Shown here: positions 11,275-24,090 of the stretch, in pieces
How the letters are laid out: the number at the start of each line of letters is the position of its first letter
Numbering within the stretch: the stretch's first letter is position 1
DNA from: Azolla caroliniana
Lineage: Eukaryota > Plantae > Polypodiophyta
Length of the DNA: 62,180 bases
Reading direction: 5' to 3'
NCBI GenBank assembly: GCA_043228905.1
Contig: JBHGNT010000167.1
Span: 1 to 62,180, forward strand
The notes under the pieces: model-generated
What the model saw: the letters and a program-made list of their open reading frames with translations, nothing else
Databases searched by the model: none
Told to the model about the DNA's origin: nothing
Position numbers and translations under genes: made by a program

Positions 11275-14200
11275 ACCTGAGTTTCAAAATCTTGATTTTT
11301 TAATTCCATATCATAGCTAGCGTTGTTAGCTTCGATTCGCATGTTTGAACACAAAAATCCGATATCACACGAGCCAGGTATGAACATTTTCATTTACTCA
11401 AGGGCTCCTCTCAACTCACTCCTCAAATTTGGCAATTTCGTCATGTATCTCGACCTGAGTTTCAAAATCTTAATTTTTTAATTCCATATCATAGCTAGCG
11501 TTGTTAGCTTCAATTCGCATGTCTGAACACAAAAATCCGATATCACACGAGCCAGGTATGAACATTTTAATTTACTCAGGGGCTCCTCTCAACTCCCTCC
11601 TCAAATTTGGTAATTTCGTCATGTCTCTCGACCTGAGTTTCAAAATCTTGATTTTTTAATTCCATATCATAGGTAGCGTTGTTAGCTTCGATTCGCATGT
11701 TTGAACACAAAAATCCGATATCACACGAGCCAGGTATGAACATTTTCATTTACTCAAGGGCTCCTCTCAACTCAGTCCTGAAATTTGGTAATTTCATCAT
11801 GTTTCTCGACCTGAGTTTCGAAATCTTGATTTTTTAATTCCACATCATAGCTAGCGTTGTTAGCTTCAATTCGCATGTTTGAACACAAAAATCCGATATC
11901 ACACGAGCCAGGTATGAACATTTTCATTTACTCAAGGGCTCCTCTGAACCCCCTCCTCATGTTTGCTAATTTTGTCATGTCTCTCGACCCGAGTTTCAAA
12001 ATCTTGATTTTTTAATTCCATATCATAGCTAGCGTAGTTAGCTTCGATACGCATGTTTGAACACAAAACTCCGATATCACACGAACCAGGTATGAACATT
12101 TTAATTTACTCAAGTGCTCCTGTCAACTCACTCCTCAAATTTGGTAATTTCGTCATGTCTCTCCACCCGAGTTTCAAAATCTTGATTTTATAATTCCATA
12201 TCATAGCTAGCGTTGTTAGCGTCGATTCGCATGTTTGAACACAAAAATCCGATACGACACGAGCCAGGTATGAACATTTTATTTTACTCAAGGGCTCCTC
12301 TCAACTCCCTCCTCATGTTTGCTAATTTCGTCATGTCTCTCCACCTGAGTGTCAAAATCTTGATTTTTTAATTCCATATCATAGCTAGCGTTGTTAGCTT
12401 CGATTCGCATGTTTGAACACAAAAATCCGATACGACACGAGCCAGGTATGAACATTTTATTTTTCTCAAGGGCTCCTCTCAACTCCCTCCTCATGTTTGC
12501 TAATTTCGTCATGTCTATGCACACGAGTTTCAAAATCTTGATTTTTTAATTCCATATCATAGCTAGCGTTGTTAGCTTCGATTCGCATGTTTGAACACAA
12601 AAAACCGATATTACACGAGCCAAGTCTGAACATTTTAATTTACTCAAGGGCTGCTCTCAACTCCCTCCTCAAATTTGGTAATTCCGTCATGTCTCTCCAC
12701 ACGAGTTTCAAAATCTTGATTTTTTAATTCCATATCATAGCTAGCGTTGTTAGCTTCGATTCGTATGTTTGAACACAAAAATCCGATATCACACGAGCCA
12801 GGTATGAACATTTTATTTTACTCAAGGGCCCCTCTCAACTCACTACTCAAATTTGGTAATTTCGTCATGTCTCTCGACCCGAGTTTCAAAATCTTGACTT
12901 TTTAATTCCATATCATTGCTAGCGTTGTTAGCTTCGATTCGCATGTTTGAACACAAAAATCCGATATCGCACGAGCCAAGTATGAACATTTTAATTTACT
13001 CAAGGGCTGCTCTCAACTCCCTCCTTAAATTTGGTAATTCCGTCATGTCTCTCCACACGAGTTTCAAAATCTTGATTTTTTAATTCCATATCATAGCTAG
13101 CGTTGTTAGCTTCGATTCGTATGTTTGAACACAAAAATCCGATATCACACGAGCCAAGTATGAACATTTTAATTTACTCAAGGGCTGCTCTCAACTCCCT
13201 CCTTAAATTTGGTAATTCCGTCATGTCTCTCCACACGAGTTTCAAAATCTTGATTTTTTAATTCCATATCATAGCTAGCGTTGTTAGCTTCGATTCGTAT
13301 GTTTGAACACAAAAATCCGATATCACACGAGCCAGGTATGAACATTTTCATTTACTCAAGGGCTCCTCTCAACTCACTCCTCAAATTTGGCAATTTCGTC
13401 ATGTATCTCGACCTGAGTTTCAAAATCTTAATTTTTTAATTCCATATCATAGCTAGCGTTGTTAGCTTCAATTCGCATGTCTGAACACAAAAATCCGATA
13501 TCACACGAGCCAGGTATGAACATTTTAATTTACTCAGGGGCTCCTCTCAACTCCCTCCTCAAATTTGGTAATTTCGTCATGTCTCTCGACCTGAGTTTCA
13601 AAATCTTGATTTTTTAATTCCATATCATAGGTAGCGTTGTTAGCTTCGATTCGCATGTTTGAACACAAAAATCCGATATCACACGAGCCAGGTATGAACA
13701 TTTTCATTTACTCAAGGGCTCCTCTCAACTCAGTCCTGAAATTTGGTAATTTCATCATGTTTCTCGACCTGAGTTTCAAAATCTTGATTTTTTAATTCCA
13801 AATCATAGCTAGCGTTGTTAGCTTCAATTCGCATGTTTGAACACAAAAATCCGATATCACACGAGCCAGGTATGAACATTTTCATTTACTCAAGGGCTCC
13901 TCTGAACCCCCTCCTCATGTTTGCTAATTTTGTCATGTCTCTCGACCCGAGTTTCAAAATCTTGATTTTTTAATTCCATATCATAGCTAGCGTAGTTAGC
14001 TTCGATACGCATGTTTGAACACAAAACTCCGATATCACACGAACCAGGTATGAACATTTTAATTTACTCAAGGGCTCCTGTCAACTCACTCCTCAAATTT
14101 GGTAATTTCGTCATGTCTCTCGACCCGAGTTTCAAAATCTTGATTTTATAATTCCATATCATAGCTAGCGTTGTTAGCGTCGATTCGCATGTTTGAACAC

Positions 14201-17200
14201 AAAAATCCGATATGACACGAGCCAAGTATGAACATTTTAATTTACTCAAGGGCTACTCTCAACTCCCTCCTCAAATTTGGTAATTCCGTCATGTCTTTCC
14301 ACACGAGTTTCAAAATCTTGATTTTTTAATTCCATATCATAGCTAGCGTTGTTGGCTTCGATTCGCATGTTTGAACACAAAAATCCGATATCACACGAGC
14401 CAGGTATGAACATTTTATTTTACTCAAGGGCCCCTCTCAACTCACTACTCAAATTTGGTAATTTCGTCATGTCTATGCACACGAGTTTCAAAATCTTGAT
14501 TTTTTAATTCCATATCATAGCTAGCGTTGTTAGCTTCGACTCGCATGTTTGAACACAAACATCCGATATCACACGAACCAGGTATGAACATTTTAATTTA
14601 CTCAAGGGCTCCTCTCAACTCACTCCTCAAATTTGGTAATTTCGTCATGTCTCTTGACCCGAGTTTCAAAATCTTGATTTTTTAATTCCATATCATAGCT
14701 AGCGTTATTAGCTTCGATTCGCATGTTTGAACACAAAAATCCGATATGACACGAGCCAAGTATGAACATTTTAATTTACTCAAGGGCTGCTCTCAACTCC
14801 CTCCTCAAATTTGGTAATTCCGTCATGTCTCTCCACACGAGTTTCAAAATCTTGATTTTTTAATTCCATATCATAGCTAGCGTTGTTGGCTTCGATTCGC
14901 ATGTTTGAACACAAAAATCCGATATCACACGAGCCAGGTATGAACATTTTATTTTACTCAAGGGCCCCTCTCAACTCACTACTCAAATTTGGTAATTTCG
15001 TCATGTCTATGCACACGAGTTTCAAAATCTTGATTTTTTAATTCCATATCATAGCTAGCGTTGTTAGCTTCGATTCGCATGTGTGAATAGAAAAATCCGA
15101 TATCACACGAGTCAAGTATGAACATTTTAATTTACTCAAGGGCTCCTCTCAACTCCCTCCTCAAATTTGGTAATTCCGTCATGTCTCTCCACACGAGTTT
15201 CAAAATCTTGATTTTTTAATTCCATATCATAGCTAGCGTTGTTGGCTTCGATTCGCATGTTTGAACATAAAAATCCGATATCACACGAGCCAGGTATGAA
15301 CATTTTATTTTACTCAAGGGCCCCTCTCAACTCACTACTCAAATTTTGTAATTTCGTCATGTCTCTCCACCTGAGTTTCAAAATCTTGATTTTTTAACTC
15401 CATATCATAGCTAGCGTTGTTAACTTCGTTTCGCATGTTTGAACACAAAAATCCGATATCACACGAGCCAGGTATGCACACTTTATTTTTCTCAAGGGCT
15501 CCTCTCAACTCCCTCCTCATGTTTGCTAATTTCGTCATGTCTCTCTACCTGCGTGTCAAAATCTTGATTTTTTAATTCCATATCATAGCTAGCGTTGTTA
15601 GCTTCGATTCGCATGTTTGAACACAAAAATCCGATACGACACGAGCCAGGTATGAACATTTTATTTTTCTCAAGGGCTCCTCTCAACTCCCTCCTCATGT
15701 TTGCTAATTTCGTCATGTCTCTCCACCTGAGTGTCAAAATCTTGATTTTTTAATTCCATATCATAGCTAGCGTTGTTGGCTTCGATTCGCATGTTTGAAC
15801 ACAAAAATCCGATATCACACGAGCCAGGTATGAACATTTTATTTTACTCAAGGGCCCCTCTCAACTCACTACTCAAATTTGGTAATTTCGTCATGTCTAT
15901 GCACACGAGTTTCAAAATCTTGATTTTTTAATTCCATATCATAGCTAGCGTTGTTAGCTTCGATTCGCATGTTTGAATAGAAAAATCCGATATCACACGA
16001 GTCAAGTATGAACATTTTAATTTACTCAAGGGCTCCTCTCAACTCCCTCCTCAAATTTGGTAATTCCGTCATGTCTCTCCACACGAGTTTCAAAATCTTG
16101 ATTTTTTAATTCCATATCATAGCTAGCGTTGTTGGCTTCGATTCGCATGTTTGAACATAAAAATCCGATATCACACGAGCCAGGTATGAACATTTTATTT
16201 TACTCAAGGGCCCCTCTCAACTCACTACTCAAATTTTGTAATTTCGTCATGTCTCTCCACCTGAGTTTCAAAATCTTGATTTTTTAACTCCATATCATAG
16301 CTAGCGTTGTTAACTTCGTTTCGCATGTTTGAACACAAAAATCCGATATCACACGAGCCAGGTATGCACACTTTATTTTTCTCAAGGGCTCCTCTCAACT
16401 CCCTCCTCATGTTTGCTAATTTCGTCATGTCTCTCTACCTGCGTGTCAAAATCTTGATTTTTTAATTCCATATCATAGCTAGCGTTGTTAGCTTCGATTC
16501 GCATGTTTGAACACAAAAATCCGATACGACACGAGCCAGGTATGAACATTTTATTTTTCTCAAGGGCTCCTCTCAACTCCCTCCTCATGTTTGCTAATTT
16601 CGTCATGTCTCTCCACCTGAGTGTCAAAATCTTGATTTTTTAATTCCATATCATAGCTAGCGTTGTTAGCTTCGATTCGCATGTTTGAACACAAAAATCC
16701 GATACGACACGAGCCAGGTATGAACATTTTATTTTTCTCAAGGGCTCCTCTCAACTCCCTCCTCATGTTTGCTAATTTCGTCATGTCTATGCACACGAGT
16801 TTCAAAATCTTGATTTTTTAATTCCATATCATAGCTAGCGTTGTTAGCTTCGATTCGCATGTTTGAACACAAAAAACCGATATTACACGAGCCAAGTCTG
16901 AACATTTTAATTTACTCAAGGGCTGCTCTCAACTCCCTCCTCAAATTTGGTAATTCCTTCATGTCTCTCCACACGAGTTTCAAAATCTTGATTTTTTAAT
17001 TCCATATCATAGCTAGCGTTGTTAGCTTCGATTCGTATGTTTGAACACAAAAATCCGATATCACACGAGCCAGGTATGAACATTTTATTTTACTCAAGGG
17101 CCCCTCTCAACTCACTACTCAAATTTGGTAATTTCGTCATGTCTCTCGACCCGAGTTTCAAAATCTTGACTTTTTAATTCCATATCATTGCTAGCGTTGT

Positions 17201-20200
17201 TAGCTTCGATTCGCATGTTTGAACACAAAAATCCGATATCACACGAGCCAAGTATGAACATTTTAATTTACTCAAGGGCTGCTCTCAACTCCCTCCTTAA
17301 ATTTGGTAATTCCGTCATGTCTCTCCACACGAGTTTCAAAATCTTGATTTTTTAATTCCATATCATAGCTAGCGTTGTTAGCTTCGATTCGTATGTTTGA
17401 ACACAAAAATCCGATATCACACGAGCCAGGTATGAACATTTTAATTTACTCAAGGGCTCCTCTCAACTCACTCCTCAAATTTGGTAATTTCGTCATGTCT
17501 CTCCACCCGAGTTTCAGAATCTTGATTTTTTAATTCCATATCATAGCTAGCGTTGTTAGCGTCGATTCGCATGTTTGAACACAAAAATCCGATATGACAC
17601 GAGCCAAGTATGAACATTTTAATTTACTCAAGGGCTGCTCTCAACTCCCTCCTCAAATTTGGTAATTCCGTCATGTCTCTCCACACGAGTTTCAAAATCT
17701 TGATTTTTTAATTCCATATCATAGCTAGCGTTGTTTGCTTCGATTCGCATGTTTGAACACAAAAATCCGATATCACACGAGCCAGGTATGAATATTTTAT
17801 TTTACTCAAGGGCCCCTCTCAACTCACTACTCAAATTTGGTAATTTCGTCATGTCTATGCACACGAGTTTCAAAATCTTGATTTTTTAATTCCATATCAT
17901 AGCTAGCGTTGTTAGCTTCGACTCGCATGTTTGAACACAAACATCCGATATCACACGAACCAGGTATGAACATTTTAATTTACTCAAGGGCTCCTCTCAA
18001 CTCACTCCTCAAATTTGGTAATTTTGTCATGTCTCTCGACCTGAGTTTCAAAATCTTGATTTTTTAATTCCATATCATAGCTAGCGTAGTTAGATTCGAT
18101 TCGCATGTTTGAAAGCAAAACTCCGATATCACACGAACCAGGTATGAACATTTTAATTTACTCAAGGGCTCCTCTCAACTCACTCCTCAAATTTGGTAAT
18201 TTCGTCATGTCTCTCGACCCGAGTTTCAAAATCTTGACTTTTTAATTCCATATCATTGCTAGCGTTGTTAGCTTCGATTCGCATGTTTGAACACAAAAAT
18301 CCGATATCACACGAGCCAAGTATGAACATTTTAGTTTACTCAAGGGCTCCTCTCAACTCACTCCTCAATTTTGGTAATTTCGTCATGTCTCTCGACCCGA
18401 GTTTCAAAATCTTGATTTTTTAATTCCATATCATAGCTAGCGTTGTTAGCTTCGACTCGCATGTTTGAACACAAACATCCGATATCACACGAACCAGGTA
18501 TGAACATTTTAATTTACTCAAGGGCTCCTCTCAACTCACTCCTCAAATTTGGTAATTTTGTCATGTCTCTCGACCTGAGTTTCAAAATCTTGATTTTTTA
18601 ATTCCATATCATAGCTAGCGTAGTTAGATTCGATTCGCATGTTTGAAAGCAAAACTCCGATATCACACGAACCAGGTATGAACATTTTATTTTTCTCAAG
18701 GGCTCCTCTCAACTCCCTCCTCATGTTTGCTAATTTCGTCATGTCTCTCGACCCGAGTTTCAAAATCTTGATTTTTTAATTCCATATCATAGCTAGCGTT
18801 GTTAGCTTTGTTTCGCATGTTTGAACATAAAAATCCGATATTACACGAGCCAAGTATGAGCATTTTAATTTACTCAAGGGCTGCTCTCAACTCCCTCCTC
18901 AAATTTGGTAATTCCGTCATGTCTCTCCACACGAGTTTCAAAATCTTGATTTTTTAATTCCATATCATAGCTAGCGTTGTTAGCTTCGATTCGCATGTTT
19001 GAACACAAAAATCCGATATCACACGAGCCAAGTATGAACATTTTATTTTTCTCAAGGGCTCCTCTCAACTCCCTCCTCATGTTTGCTAATTTCGTCATGT
19101 CTCTCGACCTGAGTTTCAAAATCTTGATTTTTTAATTCCATATCATAGCTAGCGTTGTTAGCTTCGATTCGCATATTTGAACACAAAAATCCGATATCAC
19201 ACGAGCCAGGTGTGAACATTTTATTTTACTCAAGGGCCCCTCTCAACTCACTACTCAAATTTGGTAATTTCGTCATGTCTCTCGACCCGAGTTTCAAAAT
19301 CTTTATTTCTTAATTCCATATCATAGCTAGCGTTGTGAGCTTCGATTCGCATGTTTGAACACAAAAATCCGATATCACACGAGCCAGGTATGAACATTTT
19401 ATTTTACTCAAGGGCCCCTCTCAACTCACTACTCAAATTTGGTAATTTCGTCATGTCTATGCACACGAGTTTCAAAATCTTGATTTTTTAATTCCATATC
19501 ATAGCTAGCGTTGTTAGCTTCGATTCGCATGTTTGAACAGAAAAATCCGATATTACACGAGCCAAGTATGAACATTTTAATTTACTCAAGGGCTCCTCTC
19601 AACTCACTCCTCAAATTTGGTAATTCCGTCATATCTCTCGACCCGAGTTTCAAAATCTTGATTTTTTAATTCCATATCATAGCTAGCGTAGTTAGATTCG
19701 ATTCGCATGTTTGAAAGCAAAACTCCGATATCACACGAACCAGGTATGAACATTTTAATTTACTCAAGGGCTCCTCTCAACTCACTCCTCAAATTTGGTA
19801 ATTTCGTCATGTCTCTCCACCCGAGTTTCAAAATCTTGATTTTTTAATTCCATATCATAGCTAGCGTTGTTAGCTTCGATTCGCATGTTTGAACACAAAA
19901 ATCCGATATCACACGAGCCAAGTATGAACATTTTAATTTACTCAAGGGCTCCTCTCAACTCACTCCTCAAATTTGGTAATTTTGTCATGTCTCTCGACCT
20001 GAGTTTCAAAATCTTGATTTTTTAATTCCATATCATAGCTAGCGTAGTTAGATTCGATTCGCATGTTTGAAAGCAAAACTCCGATATCACACGAACCAGG
20101 TATGAACATTTTAATTTACTCAAGGGCTCCTCTCAACTCACTCCTCAAATTTGGTAATTTCGTCATGTCTCTCCACCCGAGTTTCAAAATCTTGATTTTT

Positions 20201-23200
20201 TAATTCCATATCATAGCTAGCGTTGTTAGCTTCGATTCGCATGTTTGAACACAAAAATCCGATATCACATGAGCCAAGTATGAACATTTTAATTTACTCA
20301 AGGGCTCCTCTCAACTCACTCCTCAAATTTGGTAATTTTGTCATGTCTCTCGACCTGAGTTTCAAAATCTTGATTTTTTAATTCCATAATCTAGCTAGCG
20401 TTGTTAGCTTCGATTCGCATGTTTGAACACAAAAATCCGATATCACACGAGCCAAGTATGAACATTTTAATTTACTCAAGGGCTCCTCTCAACTCACTCC
20501 TCAAATTTGGTAATTTTGTCATGTCTCTCGACCTGAGTTTCAAAATCTTGATTTTTTAATTCCATAATCTAGCTAGCGTTGTTAGCTTCGATTCGCATGT
20601 TTGAACACAAAAATCCGATATCACACGAGCCAAGTATGAACATTTTAATTTACTCAAGGGCTCCTCTCAACTCACTCCTCAAATTTGGTAATTTTGTCAT
20701 GTCTCTCGACCAGAGTTTCAAAATCTTGATTTTTTAATTCCATAATCTAGCTAGCGTTGTTAGCTTCGATTCGCATGTTTGAACACAAAAATCCGATATC
20801 ACACGAGCCAGGTATGAACATTTTATTTTACTCAAGGTCCCCTCTCAACTCACTACTCAAATTTGGTAATTTCGTCATGTCTCTCGACGTGAGTTTCAAA
20901 ATCTTGATTTTTTAATTCCATATCATAGCTAGCGTTGTTAGCTTCGATTCGCATGTTTGAACAGAAAAATCCGATATCACACGAGCCAAGTATGAACATT
21001 TTAGTTTACTCAAGGGCTCCTCTCAACTCACTCCTCAATTTTGGTAATTTCGTCATGTCTCTCGACCCGAGTTTCAAAATCTTGATTTTTTAATTCCATA
21101 TCATAGCTAGCGTTGTTAGCTTTGTTTCGCATGTTTGAACATAAAAATCCGATATTACACGAGCCAAGTATGAACATTTTAATTTACTCAAGGGCTGCTC
21201 TCAACTCCCTCCTCAAATTTGGTAATTCCGTCATGTCTCTCCACACAAGTTTCAAAATCTTGATTTTTTAATTCCATATCATAGCTAGCGTTGTTAGCTT
21301 CGATTCGCATGTTTGAACACAAAAATCCGATATCACACGAGCCAAGTATGAACATTTTAATTTACTCAAAGGCTCCTCTCAACTCACTCCTCAAATTTGG
21401 TAATTTTGTCATGTCTCTCGACCTGAGTTTCAAAATCTTGATTTTTTATTTCCATAATCTAGCTAGCGTTGTTAGCTTCGATTCGCATGTTTGAACACAA
21501 AAATCCGAGATCACACGAGCCAGGTATGAACATTTTATTTTACTCAAGGGCCCCTCTCAACTCACTCCTCAAACTTGGTAATTTTGTCATGTCTCTCGAC
21601 CTGAGTTTCAAAATCTTGATTTTTTAATTCCATATTATAGCTAGCGTTGTGAGCTTCGTTTCCCATGTTTGAACACAAAAATCCGATATTACACGAGCCA
21701 GGTATGAACATTTAAGTTTACTCAAGGGCTGCTCTCAACTCCCTCCTCAAATTTGGTAATTCCGTCATGTCTCTCAACCCGAGTTTCAAAATCTTGATTT
21801 TTTAATTCCATATCATAGCTAGCGTTGTTAGCTTCGTTTCGCATGTTTGAACACAAAAATCCGATATCACACGAGCCAGGTATGCACACTTTATTTTTCT
21901 CAAGGGCTCCTCTCAACTCCCTCCTCATGTTTGCTAATTTCGTCATGTCTCTCCACCTGAGTGTCAAAATCTTGATTTTTTAATTCCATATCATAGCTAG
22001 CGTTGTTAGCTTCGATTCGCATGTTTGAACACAAAAATCCGATACGACACGAGCCAGGTATGAACATTTTATTTTTCTCAAGGGCTCCTCTCAACTCCCT
22101 CCTCATGTTTGCTAATTTCGTCATGTCTCTCCACCTGAGTGTCAAAATCTTGATTTTTTAATTCCATATCATAGCTAGCGTTGTTAGCTTCGATTCGCAT
22201 GTTTGAACACAAAAATCCGATACGACACGAGCCAGGTATGAACATTTTATTTTTCTCAAGGGCTCCTCTCAACTCCCTCCTCATGTTTGCTAATTTCGTC
22301 ATGTCTCTCCACCTGAGTGTCAAAATCTTGATTTTTTAATTCCATATCATAGCTAGCGTTGTTAGCTTCGATTCGCATGTTTGAACACAAAAATCCGATA
22401 CGACACGAGCCAGGTATGAACATTTTATTTTTCTCAAGGGCTCCTCTCAACTCCCTCCTCATGTTTGCTAATTTCGTCATGTCTATGCACACGAGTTTCA
22501 AAATCTTGATTTTTTAATTCCATATCATAGCTAGCGTTGTTAGCTTCGATTTGCATGTTTGAACACAAAAAACCGATATTACACGAGCCAAGTATGAACA
22601 TTTTAATTTACTCAAGGGCTCCTCTCAACTCACTACTCAAATTTGGTAATTTCGTCATGTCTATGAACACGAGTTTCAAAATCTTGATTTTTTAATTCCA
22701 TATCATAGCTTGCGTTGTTAGCTTCGATTCGCATGTTTGAACAGAAAAATCCGATATTACACGAGCCAAGTATGAACATTTTAATTTACTCAAGGGCTCC
22801 TCTCAACTCACTCCTCAAATTTGGTAATTCCGTCATGTCTCTCGACCCGAGTTTCCAAATCTTGATTTTTTAATTGCATATCATAGCTAGCGTTGTTAGC
22901 TTCGATTCGCATGTTTGAACACAAAAATCCGATATCACACGAGCTAGGTATGAACATTTTATTTTACTCAAGGGCCCCTATCAACTCACTTCTCAAATTT
23001 TGTAATTTCGTTATGTCTCTCGACCGGAGTTTCAAAATCTTGATTTTTTAATTCCATATCATAGCTAGCGTTGTTAGCTTCGTTTCGCATGTTTGAACAC
23101 AAAAATCCGATATCACACGAGCCGGGTATGCACACTTTATTTTTCTCAAGGGCTCCTCTCAACTCCCTCCTCATGTTTGCTAATTTCGTCATGTCTCTCC

Positions 23201-24090
23201 ACCTGAGTGTCAAAATCTTGATTTTTTAATTCCATATCATAGCTAGCGTTGTTAGCTTTGTTTCGCATGTTTGAACATAAAAATCCGATATTACACGAGC
23301 CAAGTATGAACATTTTAATTTACTCAAGGGATCCTCTCAACTCACTACTCAAATTTGGTAATTTCTTCATGTCTCTCGACCTGACTTTTAAAATCTTGAT
23401 TTTTTAATTCCATATCATAGCTAGCGTTGTTAGCTTCGTTTCGCATGTTTGAACACAAAAATCTGATATTACACGAGCCAGGTATGAACATTTTAGTTTC
23501 CCCAAAAGCTCCTCTCAACTCACTCCTCAAATTTGGTAATTTCGTCATGTCTCTCGACCCGACTTTCAAAATCTTGATTTTTTAATTCCATATCATAGCT
23601 AGCGTTGTTAGCTTCGATTCGCATGTTTGAACACAAAAATCCGATATCACACGAGCCAAGTATGAACATTTTAGTTTACTCAAGGGCTCCTCTCAACTCA
23701 CTCCTCAAATTTGGTAATTTCGTCATGTCTCTCGACCCGAGTTTCAAAATCTTGATTTTTTAATTCCATATCATAGCTAGCGTTGTTAGCTTCGATTCGC
23801 ATGTTTGAACACAAAAATCCGATATCACACGAGCCAAGTATGAACATTTTAGTTTACTCAAAGGCTCCTCTCAACTCACTCCTCAGATTTGGTAATTTCG
23901 TCATGTCTCTCGACCCGAGTTTCAAAATCTTGATTTTTTAATTCCATATCATAGCTAGCGTTGTTAGCTTCGATTCGCATGTTTGAACACAAAAATCCGA
24001 TATCACACGAGCCAAGTATGAACATTTTAATTTACTCAAGGGCTCCTCTCAACTCACTCCTCAAATTTGGTAATTCCGTGATGTCTCTCG
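11275..24090 (+). repeat. Satellite variant domain B (about 72 monomers)
   Basis: Diagnostic variants CTCCACACGAG, GTCTATGCACACGAG, CTCCACCTGAGTGTC, GATACGACAC, GGGCTGCTCTC and GAAAGCAAAACTCC. Contains local duplications at offsets of 1958 bp and 890 bp. Boundaries approximate. Confidence 0.8.
14870..16660 (+). repeat. Tandem duplication of a 5-monomer block (890 bp)
   Basis: The rare variant GAATAGAAAAATCC...GTCAAG occurs at about 15085 and 15975. Identical ORF translations at 15335/16225 and 15492/16382 are also offset by 890. Confidence 0.85.
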
